This document shows, in pieces, positions 6,676-16,406 of a stretch of 64,000 bases of DNA. Source of the DNA: Candidatus Binataceae bacterium (lineage in GTDB: Bacteria; Desulfobacterota; Binatia; Binatales; Binataceae). The stretch spans positions 28,822 to 92,821 of the forward strand of contig DATKOZ010000059.1 of assembly GCA_035524375.1 (NCBI GenBank), given 5' to 3'. The notes under the pieces are model-generated. The model had not been told where the DNA came from. It ran no database searches and was given only the letters and a program-made list of their open reading frames with translations. A program made the translations under genes and the position numbers. How positions within the stretch are numbered: the stretch's first letter is position 1; each line of letters starts with the position of its first letter.

Positions 6676-8367
6676 ATGGCACGAGCTGACGGCGGCGAAT
6701 TAATTGCGCGCGTGATGCAGGAAAACGGCGTCAAGTACTGCTTCTCGATCAACGGCGGACATCTTTTTCCAATTTTGGCGCAGTTACGATCCCACGAGAT
6801 CAAGCTGATTCATATGCGCCATGAACAGGCCACGGCCTATGCCGCCGACGCCTATGCGCGGACCTCCGGCCAGCCGGGCGTTTGCATGGTAACCGCAGGT
6901 TGCGGCTTGACCAATGCGGTTACCGGACTGTGCGTGGCCGGATTGACCAACAGCGCCGTCGTTTGCATCTCCGGGCAGCATCCAAACACCGAAGACCATT
7001 TGGGTTCCTTCCAAGAGGCCTACGGTTCCGACGTGGTCGCGAGCTTTTCGAAGTTCACCAAACGGGTCACCGACTGGTCCTCGATCCAGTTCGATCTTCG
7101 CTCGGCATTTCGCGAGGCGATTTCGCCGCCACAAGGCGTGGCACTGTTCGAGATTCCGCAGAACATTCTCTACGACTCAGACGACGAAAGCCGCCAGCGC
7201 AAGGGCGCTCGCCATTTCACCACCGATGACGTTCGCTCGGCCGGAGAACCATCCAAGATCGATAAGGCGATCGAGATGCTGGTGGCTGCCGAACGGCCAT
7301 TAATCGCGTGCGGTGACGGCGTGTTTTGGTCGCAGGCCGGTCCGGAGATGCGTGAGTTCGTCGAATTGACGAACATTCCCATCTATGCACGCCGCGCAGG
7401 CCAAGGCGTCGTGTCGGAAGAGCACAAGCTTGCGATTCGCGGCGCATTCAAGAAACCGTTCACCGGCCGCGCCGACGTAATTCTCGCGATCGGTTTCCGC
7501 TTCTGGAGCGGCGAACACTTCGGCCAACCGCCTACCTGGACCGATAAGGCGAAATACATTCAAGTCGATCCGACGCCAACTCGCATCGGATGGCAGGGAG
7601 CAGCCGACCTGCCGATGGTCGGCGATCCGAAAACCGTGCTGCGCCAGATGATCAATCGAATTAAAGAGCTGAAGTTGGATTTCTCCAAGAACAGGGAATC
7701 GGCGTGGGTGAAGGAAGTGTGGGAAGCCCGGACCCGCTTCGACAACCTGATCAAAGAACAGAATAAGAAGGTCGTGAGCAGCAAGCCGATCCATCCCGCG
7801 CGCTTGTGCGAAGACTTGATCACCGTGCTCGATAAGAATGCAACTACCGTCATCGACAGCTTCACGCTGTCCGGTTGGATGAGCCGCGCATTTACCTGCC
7901 GGTTCATGGGGCAGGTGGTGGACGCCGGCCCTCTGGCGCCGGTCGGCCATGGCGTCGGCATGGGCATCGGCGCTCAACTGGCCCGGCCCGGAAAGCAGGT
8001 GGTCGTCATCAGCGGCGACGGAGGACTCGGCATCGGAGGCTTCGACATGGAAACCGCCGCGCGCTACAAACTGCCGGTCGTAGTGGTGCTGTGGAATAAC
8101 AGTTCATGGGGACCGAACTTCGACCAGATGCCGCTGCTCAAGGATCGGACCGATCCGTTCAACATGCTTCCCAACATCCGCTACGACAAAATCTTTACCG
8201 AGATGGGATGCCACGGCGAGCAGGTCGAGACGCCCGAACAGATCACACCGGCGCTGGAGCGTGCGTTCAAATCGGGCAAGCCGGCGATGATCAACGTGAT
8301 CGGCGATGTAACCGTCGGCAATGCGACGCTGGGTGGAAATCTGCTCGGCTCGACCGGATCGAACTGA
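6676..8367 (+). CDS. Thiamine-pyrophosphate-dependent enzyme (acetolactate synthase large-subunit-like family)
   Basis: 'GGELIARVMQENGVKYCFSINGGH...HEQATAYAADAYAR...GVCMVTAGCGLTNAVTG' forms the N-terminal PYR domain. 'ISGDGGLGIGGFDMETAARYKLPVVVVLWNN' is the TPP-binding motif. ATG 6676 sits behind the AAGGAG RBS, and the ORF-track start at 6409 is an upstream extension. Confidence 0.9.
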   Translation: MARADGGELIARVMQENGVKYCFSINGGHLFPILAQLRSHEIKLIHMRHEQATAYAADAYARTSGQPGVCMVTAGCGLTNAVTGLCVAGLTNSAVVCISGQHPNTEDHLGSFQEAYGSDVVASFSKFTKRVTDWSSIQFDLRSAFREAISPPQGVALFEIPQNILYDSDDESRQRKGARHFTTDDVRSAGEPSKIDKAIEMLVAAERPLIACGDGVFWSQAGPEMREFVELTNIPIYARRAGQGVVSEEHKLAIRGAFKKPFTGRADVILAIGFRFWSGEHFGQPPTWTDKAKYIQVDPTPTRIGWQGAADLPMVGDPKTVLRQMINRIKELKLDFSKNRESAWVKEVWEARTRFDNLIKEQNKKVVSSKPIHPARLCEDLITVLDKNATTVIDSFTLSGWMSRAFTCRFMGQVVDAGPLAPVGHGVGMGIGAQLARPGKQVVVISGDGGLGIGGFDMETAARYKLPVVVVLWNNSSWGPNFDQMPLLKDRTDPFNMLPNIRYDKIFTEMGCHGEQVETPEQITPALERAFKSGKPAMINVIGDVTVGNATLGGNLLGSTGSN

Positions 8368-8412
8368 GGCGGGGATCCGAGGCCGCTTTTCCAGCAAAGA
8401 CGGAACTTCAAG

Positions 8413-8447
8413 AACGGGATGCATTCGGGAGGATGCGTCCCGTTTTA
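8413..8447 (+). terminator. Rho-independent terminator after the TPP-enzyme gene
   Basis: Stem aacgggatgcat (8413-8424) / atgcgtcccgtt (8433-8444) with one G-U pair, running into tttt (8443-8446). It lies about 45 nt after the stop at 8367. Confidence 0.6.
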
Positions 8448-8518
8448 CTTGATACGATTGCGGTAAATTCGAAAATCCGAGTACGAAGCGCTAGACTGGA
8501 TGTTACGGGGTGCGCCCA

Positions 8519-8974
8519 ATGAAACTTAAAGTTGCACTTTTGATTCTCGTCGTGACTGGAGCCGCTGCTTGCAGGCGGGCCGGTTCATGCCCCTATGGAG
8601 CCGAGCCGCGCGGCGAGAGGCCTCCCAACGGCTCTGAAACCTATTGCGCAAAAGTAGTCGATGGCCACGAAGTGAAGGAAGGGCCATTCGTCCTTTACAA
8701 TCCCGATGGCGGGAAGATGATTGAGGGAAATTACCACGACGGCAAGCAGGACGGCGAATGGACGCTGTGGTACGCGACCGGCCAGAAGCAGTCGGTCGAT
8801 CATTACGTCAACGGGGTTCAAGACGGCGACCATACAGGCTGGTACAGCAACGGGAAAATGTCCGCACAAGGACAATATAAGGACGGCAAGCGTGAAGGCG
8901 TGTGGAAGCGATGGGACCCCAACGGCTTTAAGAACTGGGAGGAGACGTACAAGAACGACCAGAAGATTTCTTGA
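8519..8974 (+). CDS. MORN-repeat-variant lipoprotein (YwqK-like)
   Basis: Lipobox 'LILVVTGAAAC' follows ATG 8519. Repeated 'G.Y.DGK..G.W..W' units (EGNYHDGKQDGEWTLWY, VNGVQDGDHTGWY, QGQYKDGKREGVWKRW) follow. Confidence 0.8.
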   Translation: MKLKVALLILVVTGAAACRRAGSCPYGAEPRGERPPNGSETYCAKVVDGHEVKEGPFVLYNPDGGKMIEGNYHDGKQDGEWTLWYATGQKQSVDHYVNGVQDGDHTGWYSNGKMSAQGQYKDGKREGVWKRWDPNGFKNWEETYKNDQKIS

Positions 8975-8991
8975 GATTGGGTTTGTGATCT

Positions 8992-9480
8992 GTGGCTGTC
9001 GAAGTACAGATTGTCGATGCCAACCTCGACAACCCCGGCCATGCGGCGGCGCTGATCGAAATGATCGACGCCTACATGCGCGATCCGATGGAGTTGAATG
9101 CACCGGCTCCCGAACAGGTCAAACGCGATCTGGTCCCCGGACTGCGCGGGCATACATCGTGCCGCGTCCTTCTCGCCTACCAGGGCGGCCGTCCGATCGG
9201 CTTTTCGATTTGTTTCATCGGGTTCTCGACCTTTAACGCGCGTCCACTGATCAATATTCACGACATATTTGTCGATGCCTCGGCGCGCGGGATCGGCGTC
9301 GGATGGAAGCTGCTCGAACGCATCGAGGCAATGGCGCGCGAAATGAATTGCTGCCGGATTTCTCTCGAGGTACGCGAGGACAACGCTCGCGCCCGCGCGC
9401 TATACAGCAAGTTCGGAATGGGCCGCGCCCTGCTCGGGCCCGATCGCGTTCCAATGGAATTCTGGTGGAAGCCGCTCTAG
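8992..9480 (+). CDS. GNAT-family N-acetyltransferase
   Basis: 'IHDIFVDASARGIGVGWKLLERIEAMAREMNCCRISLEVREDNARARALYSKFG' is the acetyl-CoA-binding motif A region. The start is GTG. Confidence 0.85.
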   Translation: MAVEVQIVDANLDNPGHAAALIEMIDAYMRDPMELNAPAPEQVKRDLVPGLRGHTSCRVLLAYQGGRPIGFSICFIGFSTFNARPLINIHDIFVDASARGIGVGWKLLERIEAMAREMNCCRISLEVREDNARARALYSKFGMGRALLGPDRVPMEFWWKPL

Positions 9481-9494
9481 GCGCGGACGCGCCA

Positions 9495-10253
9495 CTATTG
9501 AATCGTAACCGGAATATTGATTTCGAATACTGAATCGACCGCAGCGCCGTCTTTAATCGCTGGAAAGAATTTCCATTGCTTGAGCGCCGCGAGTAACACC
9601 TGATTGAGCCGCGGATTCGCGGTTGGCTTTTCAAGTGTGACTTCCACCGAGCCGTCGGCATTGACGCGAAAGCGCGCAATCGCGACGGTGTTCATCGTAT
9701 TCTCGCGCAAGTCGTCGGGGATCACCGGCGTGGGTGCATATATCGCGCGGGCGCCGGTAGTGTCGCCGCCGATCTCACCGCCGCTCCCCTGCCCGACGTT
9801 CGCCGTGTCAGCCGGCGGCTCAGGATGCAGAACGCTGGACGGAACCGCGATTCCCGATGTCCCTGAAGATGCCACTGGCGGCGCCATCGCTGGCGGCGCG
9901 ATTCGCTGGCGCATCCGGGGCCGTGGCTTCGTATGCGGAGCCGGCTGAATCGGCTGCGCTGCTGGGCGCGGCTGGTTGTCAGCCGCCGGCGCGGCGACTA
10001 TCGGTGGAATATCGATAATGCGCGCTTCGATCGCCTCCCGATGTTCAAGCGCGACCGGCCGCGGCCGCAATATCACCGCGAACACACCCAGCAGCATCGC
10101 GGACGCCGCAATCGACGCGGGAATTGTAAACCCGAATCGCCGCCACGGCCGGTCGAAGCCCGGCCTCCACTCGCCGTGGATCACCGCGACGAGACGAAGC
10201 CGGGCTTTTGCCTCGGCGTTTAGGTCGACGGCTTTGTGAAGGGCAACTCCCAT
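9495..10253 (-). CDS. TonB-family energy transducer
   Basis: It has an N-terminal TM anchor, a Pro-rich spacer (PRPAAQPIQPAPHTKPRPR...) and a TonB_C-like end 'ARFRVNADGSVEVTLEKPTANPRLNQVLLAALKQWKFFPA'. ATG is at 10251-10253 and overlaps the receptor gene's end by 34 nt. Confidence 0.85.
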   Translation of the reverse strand: MGVALHKAVDLNAEAKARLRLVAVIHGEWRPGFDRPWRRFGFTIPASIAASAMLLGVFAVILRPRPVALEHREAIEARIIDIPPIVAAPAADNQPRPAAQPIQPAPHTKPRPRMRQRIAPPAMAPPVASSGTSGIAVPSSVLHPEPPADTANVGQGSGGEIGGDTTGARAIYAPTPVIPDDLRENTMNTVAIARFRVNADGSVEVTLEKPTANPRLNQVLLAALKQWKFFPAIKDGAAVDSVFEINIPVTIQ

Positions 10254-12601
10254 TTAATTCCACCATAGAGCGCGCGGCGCGGGCCGTACTGCGATGCGAA
10301 CACACCGATGCCGCTGCCGTTACGAATTTGATAAGTGTGGTCGGCGAGATTCACAACGGCGCCACGGAATTCAAGCGCGCCGCCGGTCGCCATCTCGATG
10401 CGTTTGGTGATGCCAGCGTCAACCTGAATGTAGTACGGCAGGTTCCCGGTGTTGGCGAACCCGCTCCTGAGGCCACTGCCGTAAATTCCGTCGATGCTGA
10501 ACATCAGGCCGCGCCATTTGTAGGCGGCACCCGCGGAATTAGTGAAGGTCTGGTCGTGGTCGAGAAAGATGTAGTGGCTGGAGATGTATTTTAGCTCGTC
10601 AGGCGCGAAGTTGAACTGTCCCGATTCCACCTGGGTTCCCTGCGCGACGCTGTAGGCGAAATTCTCGTACGCATAGACGTTCTCGTGCGAGTAGGAACCG
10701 GTAGCCTCCACGCCCCAGACGCGGCCCTTGTGGTAGTTGAAGGACTCGAAGATCAGTGCCGGGCCGAACTGCCCCTCATCGATAAGATCGGCCGCTTTCT
10801 TGTAATAGGAGTCGATCCCAAGGTTTAGGCCCGGAACCACCTCCTGAGTCGCGCCAACATCGAATAGATGATCGCGCTCCACGGTCGGCAGGCTGTTGCC
10901 GTTGGTTGGGGGTGCGCCGGTCGTGTTGGCGAACTTCTTGACGCTTTCGACGGTTACCAGCTCGGTGGCGGGCGGCGTGAATTGGCGCGCGTAGGCGGCG
11001 TGCAGCGTCGTGCCCTTGAAGGGAGTGTACACCAGCCCCACGCGAGGGCTGGCCTGATCCGCGCGCACCAAGCCGTCGTAGAGATCGAACCTCACACCGT
11101 AGTTGACGATCAGTTTATCGATCGGCTTCCATTCATCCTGTACCCAACCGCTATAGATCCAGGTTTGAAGCGCAACATTGTCGGTGATCGAGAACGGCAC
11201 GTCGCTGGTCTGGTGTCCTCCCGATGCGGGGAAAACGGATTCATGATTGTCGATCTCGGCCCGCTCGGAATCGAAGTATCCGCCCAAGCGGAATGTGTGC
11301 TGGTCGATTCCATGATAGGCAACGTCCAATTGAGCACCATTGCCCAAATCGCTGCGAAAGACCCGGGAAGCGGCGCCGTCGTAAATGAGGTCGCCGGTGA
11401 CATCGGGATTGAACGTGACGGTCGAGTACCGGCTAAACGGCGCGAGCTGGTAGTCGACGTTCTCGCCCACCGTGCCCTGCAACGCGAGCACGCCAAAGTA
11501 GTTCTGCTCAGTTTGGTTCTCGCGCACCTTCGCGGACGGATAGACCGGCACACCCGCGAGCTCGAACGCCTGCGGTTGATCTGGATTCGCGGGAATCTGG
11601 AAGTGGTTGACCGCGGTCCCGGTTATAAGGCTGAGCCGCATCGTCGGGTTAAGGAAATAGGAAAAATATCCGAATCCCGAACCGGTGTTTGCGGTATCAT
11701 GGATCGCGGTTGGACCCGGCGTCGGCGGTTCGACGCCGCGATCGGTGCCAAGATACTGCCCGGTCACGAAGTAGCTGAATTGGCCGTTGGTGCCACCGTA
11801 CTCGAAGCTGGGCTGGGTCGTGCCGCGTTGCCCGCCATAAAAATCTACGTCAGCACCTTCCAATAGCGCGCCGTCCTTGGTTTTGACGTCGATGATTCCG
11901 GCGGTGCGCAATCCGAACTGCGCCGGCAACGCGCCGGTGAGCAGGCTGATATTTTGCGCGAAGCGCGGGCTCAGTACCTGGCCAAACCCCGTGATTCCTT
12001 CCGGCAACTGCACGCCATTGATTCGATACTGCAGGTTGGCGTGGTCGCCGCGGACGTGAAGCTGGCCGTACGAATCCTGCGCGACACCGGGTGCCTGTAG
12101 AATCACGTCGTTGAGGGGAGTGTTATTGCCCTGCGGCAATTCCTGAATCGCCTGCTGGCTGAAGCGATATACGCTTCCTCCCGTCTCCGGCGACAGGGTG
12201 TTCCGCGCCTGATTGAGTCGCGTTGCCGCCACCTTCAGGCTGACCTGTTTCTCGGCTTGCATCGCTATCGTGACTGGGGTGGCGCGCTTGCCGGTAAGGC
12301 TCACGATCGCGGTCGCGGTTTTGAAGCCGGCTTTTCGCGCCACAATCGCAAAAGTTCCGCGCGGCAATCCGGTGAGCGAAAATTCACCGCCCGGTCCGCT
12401 GGTCGTGCGAGCAGCTGCGCGACCGGTCGCCCCTTGCGCGGTCACCTCCGCGCCTTCCAGAGGCCTTCCCAGCGCGTCCTTCACGGCACCGGTGATTCGT
12501 TGTGAGTGTGTCATGGTCAAATCGCCCGCCATTACCGGCGGGCAAATCAATTGCACAAGGATCCCGGCAAGCGGGATCATCAACTTCCAAATCCTTCCCA
12601 T
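10220..12601 (-). CDS. TonB-dependent receptor with N-terminal carboxypeptidase-regulatory-like domain
   Basis: Signal peptide MGRIWKLMIPLAGILVQLICPPVMA from ATG 12601 (GGAG RBS). A CarbopepD_reg-like segment (GAVKDALGRPLEGAEVTAQG...GEFSLTGLPRGTFAIVARKAGF) comes next. It is followed by a plug ('LPQGNNTPLNDVILQAPGV...GQLHVRGDHANLQYRINGV') and a long beta-barrel. Confidence 0.9.
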   Translation of the reverse strand: MGRIWKLMIPLAGILVQLICPPVMAGDLTMTHSQRITGAVKDALGRPLEGAEVTAQGATGRAAARTTSGPGGEFSLTGLPRGTFAIVARKAGFKTATAIVSLTGKRATPVTIAMQAEKQVSLKVAATRLNQARNTLSPETGGSVYRFSQQAIQELPQGNNTPLNDVILQAPGVAQDSYGQLHVRGDHANLQYRINGVQLPEGITGFGQVLSPRFAQNISLLTGALPAQFGLRTAGIIDVKTKDGALLEGADVDFYGGQRGTTQPSFEYGGTNGQFSYFVTGQYLGTDRGVEPPTPGPTAIHDTANTGSGFGYFSYFLNPTMRLSLITGTAVNHFQIPANPDQPQAFELAGVPVYPSAKVRENQTEQNYFGVLALQGTVGENVDYQLAPFSRYSTVTFNPDVTGDLIYDGAASRVFRSDLGNGAQLDVAYHGIDQHTFRLGGYFDSERAEIDNHESVFPASGGHQTSDVPFSITDNVALQTWIYSGWVQDEWKPIDKLIVNYGVRFDLYDGLVRADQASPRVGLVYTPFKGTTLHAAYARQFTPPATELVTVESVKKFANTTGAPPTNGNSLPTVERDHLFDVGATQEVVPGLNLGIDSYYKKAADLIDEGQFGPALIFESFNYHKGRVWGVEATGSYSHENVYAYENFAYSVAQGTQVESGQFNFAPDELKYISSHYIFLDHDQTFTNSAGAAYKWRGLMFSIDGIYGSGLRSGFANTGNLPYYIQVDAGITKRIEMATGGALEFRGAVVNLADHTYQIRNGSGIGVFASQYGPRRALYGGIKWELPFTKPST

Positions 12602-12712
12602 CGCAATCTCCAAAATGCTTGATTGCGGCGCCCGCCACGCGCCTTCAAGGTGCGCGCGGGCGCCGGCGCGTGAACGGTTCACGCGCAAGTCAGTTCATGT
12701 TGTCGTGGAAAG

Positions 12713-13054
12713 CTATGCTTGGAGCGATGCGGGCGGAGCGCGGCCGCGCACAGTCGAGTACGCGGACGCATGGAACACCGGCAAACTTGATACTTCGATT
12801 CGCTCAGCGGCAACTGGATCGCTGAATGTAGCTGCAATAGCGGCAACCGATCCCGGTGAATGATGCGCGAGATGGCAGATCGGGCAGAATCCCTCGGTGG
12901 CGGACAGTTGCGCGGATGCGCCCCGGCCCGGCCACGAGTCGCTTTCGTGGTAATGGGCCGCTCCCGCAAATTGCGCGAACAGGAGCAGTATCGCAGCCGC
13001 GGCGGAAAATACGCGTCGCAATCCTCCTGCTCGACGTTTTGTGCCGGAAATCAT
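12713..13054 (-). CDS. Small secreted Cys/His-rich protein (DUF2946-like?)
   Basis: The N-terminus is signal-like (RRVFSAAAAILLLFAQFAGAA). Motifs 'HYHESD' and 'CPICHLAHH' follow. It sits immediately upstream of and co-directional with the TonB-dependent receptor. ATG is at 13054. Confidence 0.5.
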   Translation of the reverse strand: MISGTKRRAGGLRRVFSAAAAILLLFAQFAGAAHYHESDSWPGRGASAQLSATEGFCPICHLAHHSPGSVAAIAATFSDPVAAERIEVSSLPVFHASAYSTVRGRAPPASLQA

Positions 13055-13066
13055 ACCCACCCTTGT

Positions 13067-14263
13067 TTAGATTATGCCCTCGCTCTTGAGGGATTCAAGG
13101 TCGGCAGCACCCAATCCGAGCCATTCGCCATAAATTTCCGAATTGTGCTGGCCCAGCAGTGGCGCCGCCTTAAGCTCTACCGGCGAATCATCCATACGGA
13201 CCGGACATCCCGGCATCAGGAATTCGCCGCGCACCGGATGATTCACCGGCGCGATCATTCCGCGCTCGCGCAGATGAGAATCGTTCAGGATTTCGGCGGT
13301 GTCCATCACGGCGCCGCATGGAATTCCTGCCGCACCGAGCAACCGCATCACCTCCTGCTTGGAGCGAGTGCAGGTCCATGCCTCGACAATAGCGTGCAAT
13401 TCGGCGACCGCTTTCTCGCGCTCCGGCCCCGCCAACTTGACCTTCGAGAGAAGGTTCGGCTGTTCCATCACCTGGCCCAGCGCGAGCAACATCTCCGCGG
13501 TCGTGCAAAGAATGAAGCAGTAATCGTTATCCCCGCCGGGAGCGCACTTGAAAATGTCGCCGACCGGACTGCCGGATACATAATTGCCGGTGCGCGGAAT
13601 CGCGCGTTTGGTGACATAAGTTGCCATCATCGGAACACGCACAAAATTCAGCACCGCCTCCTGCATCGAGACCTCGACTTTTTGTCCCCGCCCGGTTCGC
13701 TCGCGCTGAATATATGCCGCCAGGATGCCGACCGCCGCATGCATCCCGGTACCGGTGTCGCCAATCGTAGGCCCCGGCTTAAGCGGCGGCGACCCCGGAA
13801 ATCCCGTCACAGACATCGCGCCGCCGGCCGCCTGCGCAATCATGTCAAAGCTCTTGTATGAACTATACGGCCCGGTCGTGCCGAAACCTTTTATTGTCAG
13901 ATAGATTAGCCGCGGGTTTATCGCGCGCAGCGTTTCGTAGCCTAGGCCGAAGCCCTCCAGCGTGCCAAGCGAATAATTTTCAGTGAGAATGTCGGCCTTC
14001 TTCACCAAGTCTATGAATAGCGCACGGCCTTTGTCGCTTTTGAGGTTGAGTGTGATCGCGCGCTTGTTGGCATTGAGCAGCATGAAGTAATACGAATCAG
14101 CGCCCGGCTTCTCTGTCAGCAGCCAGCGCCCCTGCTCGCCCATCTTCGGCGACTCGACCTTGATCACGTCGGCGCCCAGCCACGCAAGCATCTCGGTGCA
14201 CGACGGCCCGGCCTCAAACTGAGTTAGGTCCAGAACTTTGACCCCGGCAAGCGCCTTTTCCAT
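13067..14263 (-). CDS. Family III CoA-transferase (CaiB/BaiF family)
   Basis: 'LAGVKVLDLTQFEAGPSCTEMLAWLGADVIKVE' is the canonical N-terminus. ATG 14263 is preceded by GGAGGAA, and the ORF-track start at 14332 is an extension. Confidence 0.9.
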   Translation of the reverse strand: MEKALAGVKVLDLTQFEAGPSCTEMLAWLGADVIKVESPKMGEQGRWLLTEKPGADSYYFMLLNANKRAITLNLKSDKGRALFIDLVKKADILTENYSLGTLEGFGLGYETLRAINPRLIYLTIKGFGTTGPYSSYKSFDMIAQAAGGAMSVTGFPGSPPLKPGPTIGDTGTGMHAAVGILAAYIQRERTGRGQKVEVSMQEAVLNFVRVPMMATYVTKRAIPRTGNYVSGSPVGDIFKCAPGGDNDYCFILCTTAEMLLALGQVMEQPNLLSKVKLAGPEREKAVAELHAIVEAWTCTRSKQEVMRLLGAAGIPCGAVMDTAEILNDSHLRERGMIAPVNHPVRGEFLMPGCPVRMDDSPVELKAAPLLGQHNSEIYGEWLGLGAADLESLKSEGII

Positions 14264-14428
14264 GCGTTCCTCCGATGAAGCGAGATGACGTGACAACCTC
14301 ATTTTGTAGCGCCGTCGCAGCCGGATCGGCAAGCGGCGGATGCCTGCGGCGTCCGATTTCAGCGACGATCGATTGCTGATAGTTTTGGGAATGCTTCGGA
14401 CAGTTGTGTTGATGCGGGTCTTAACGCC

Positions 14429-16405
14429 ATGACAACGCCCCGGAGAGAATATATCTCCATTCCCGGCGGTAATGAGCGCGGCGTGCTGGCCGCGATTCTA
14501 ATCCTAACAGCGCTCGTGTATGCGCGCTCGCTCGGCAGCGAGTTCATTCTTGAGCATCGCGCAATGATCGTTCTGAACCCGCACCTCGGCGATTGGGAAT
14601 TTGTTCGAAAATCCCTGGTCAATGACGAATGGTGGTTCATCGATCCGAGTCATGTACCGGTTTCCGCCTATTACCGTCCATTTATGAACATCTGGATGGC
14701 GCTAAACTACCGGCTGTTCGGCGAAAATCCGGTCGGCTGGCGAGCCGCAATGATTGCGGTCCATATGCTTACCGCGTGGCTGGTCTTTCGGGTTGGCATA
14801 CGGTTAACCAATGACACCGCCGCCGCCTTGATCGCGACTGGACTGTTTGCGCTCTCGCCGCTCAATGCCGAAGCGGTGGTGGGCTCCTTTGCTACACCTC
14901 TCTGCGCGGCATTCGAGCTCGGGGCGTTCGATTTCAATCTTCGCCTCGGCGATACGCATCGGTTGCGAACTCAATTGGCGGCGCTCGGACTTTTCGCATG
15001 CGCCCTAATGAGCTACGAGGCCGCGATCACGCTTCCTGTGCTTATCGCGGTCCACGATTTTCTTTTTCAGAATTTAACGGCCAAAGATCATGCAACGCTC
15101 GCGGATCGAGCCCGAAAGGTGCTGGACGCGACAATGCCTTACGCAATTGTGGCCGGAATCTATCTCGGTCTCCGGTTCTGGATCCTTGGCGCGATCGGCA
15201 GGTCAAATGATTTGCAAAGCCATATGTCCGCAGCGCAGGCCGCCCTGTCGATACCAAATGCCTTGTGGACATATGTGATCCTGCTGGCAACGCCATGGCA
15301 GGCCGGCCCGGCGCATCAGGTGGAGTACGCGGCCGCCGTTACGGACCCGTCGTTCTGGATACCAGCAACAGGGCTGGCGGCACTCAGCTGTGGAGTTTTC
15401 GTGCTGTTATGCCGCCACCGGCATCGGCGCTTATACGCGATGTGCATTGCGTGGTTTATGATCTCGCTCGCACCGATGCTCAATTTAAATGGAGTCGCTA
15501 CCAGCGATCCGATTCACGACCGCTACCTCTATTTCGCATCGATTGGTCTATTCATGGCGGCGGGCGACCTGATCGTGGCATCCTTCCGCGACATCCAAAT
15601 TAAGACGGAAGCGCTTTTAGGCGGTGCGGCAATCGCGGTGCTCGGATTGTCGGCATTGCTCTTCTCCGTGCAAGGCTATTGGCACGACGATGTAGCGGTA
15701 TATTCGCGGATCACTGAGGTATTCCCAAATGCGATGATTTGGCATCGGCGTATGGGTATCGCGCTGGAGGAACGCGGCGAACTTAAAGATGCGCAGCGGC
15801 AGTTCGAATTGGCCATTCGATTCGCGCCGAATGCAGTGGATCCGCTTCACGATTTGGCAATAGTGGATGAGCGGCTTGGCGACAGACGGGGTGCCGCGCG
15901 TGCGATGGCTACCTGGGTGCAGCGCCTCGGTCATCCTTCGCCGGTCGATTATGCAAGCCTGGCCGAGGCCGCGGACGCGGCAGGTGATGCTTCCGCTGCA
16001 GAAAATGCACTCGAACAGGCAGAAGCAATGCCCAAAGGAGCGCAAGCCGCCGCGCTGGCTCGCGCGCGGATTCGATTCCTCCACGGCGATCGCAAAGGCG
16101 CCGAGGACGCGCTGCGCTCGGCACTTCGTAAGGACCCTTACGACGCACCGGCGCTGGCAGCGCTTGGGACCGTGCTTTCCGCCGACGGGCGCGTTGCGGA
16201 GGCGCTTGCAGCCTACCAGCGCGCAGCGGCGCTGGCCCCGCCGGGCACTCTGCAGCTTCATTACAAGATCGCGGTCGCGCTTCATCAATTGGGACGAGAC
16301 CGGGAAGCGCGTGACGAGTGCGCGATGGAAATTGCAGCCGAGCCGGCTAATGCAAATGCGCGCGGGCTGATGGACGCAATCGAGCGTGGACTTGCCGCGA
16401 ACTAA
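14429..16405 (+). CDS. Paralog P1: multi-pass GT-C-like (TMTC/DUF1736/PMT_2-like) membrane domain plus C-terminal TPR domain, DD motif replaced by EH
   Basis: 658 aa. Family motifs present: 'NDEWWFIDPSHVPVSAYYRP', 'NYRLFGENPVGW', 'DRYLYFAS', and the TPR tail '...HYKIAVALHQLGRDREARDECAMEIAA'. The first-loop motif reads SEFILEH (E42-H43 at nt 14552-14557) where most paralogs have F-x-x-D-D. Confidence 0.8.
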   Translation: MTTPRREYISIPGGNERGVLAAILILTALVYARSLGSEFILEHRAMIVLNPHLGDWEFVRKSLVNDEWWFIDPSHVPVSAYYRPFMNIWMALNYRLFGENPVGWRAAMIAVHMLTAWLVFRVGIRLTNDTAAALIATGLFALSPLNAEAVVGSFATPLCAAFELGAFDFNLRLGDTHRLRTQLAALGLFACALMSYEAAITLPVLIAVHDFLFQNLTAKDHATLADRARKVLDATMPYAIVAGIYLGLRFWILGAIGRSNDLQSHMSAAQAALSIPNALWTYVILLATPWQAGPAHQVEYAAAVTDPSFWIPATGLAALSCGVFVLLCRHRHRRLYAMCIAWFMISLAPMLNLNGVATSDPIHDRYLYFASIGLFMAAGDLIVASFRDIQIKTEALLGGAAIAVLGLSALLFSVQGYWHDDVAVYSRITEVFPNAMIWHRRMGIALEERGELKDAQRQFELAIRFAPNAVDPLHDLAIVDERLGDRRGAARAMATWVQRLGHPSPVDYASLAEAADAAGDASAAENALEQAEAMPKGAQAAALARARIRFLHGDRKGAEDALRSALRKDPYDAPALAALGTVLSADGRVAEALAAYQRAAALAPPGTLQLHYKIAVALHQLGRDREARDECAMEIAAEPANANARGLMDAIERGLAAN

Positions 16406-16406
16406 C

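Noticed and set aside
9700-9960. Pro/Ala-rich repetitive stretch as a possible DNA tandem repeat
   Set aside because: It is the proline-rich periplasmic spacer of TonB (PRPAAQPIQPAPHTKPRPR...). This is a low-complexity protein region, not a nucleotide tandem repeat. The same applies to the linker of the second TonB (61700-62050) and to the Ala/Glu tail of NusA.
10868-11866. 332-aa plus-strand ORF
   Set aside because: It lies entirely antisense to the well-supported TonB-dependent receptor gene. The translation is Arg/Gly/Ala-rich with no motif, the typical shadow ORF of GC-rich DNA.
12860-13861. 333-aa plus-strand ORF
   Set aside because: It is antisense to the CoA-transferase and the small Cys/His protein. 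It is a shadow ORF.
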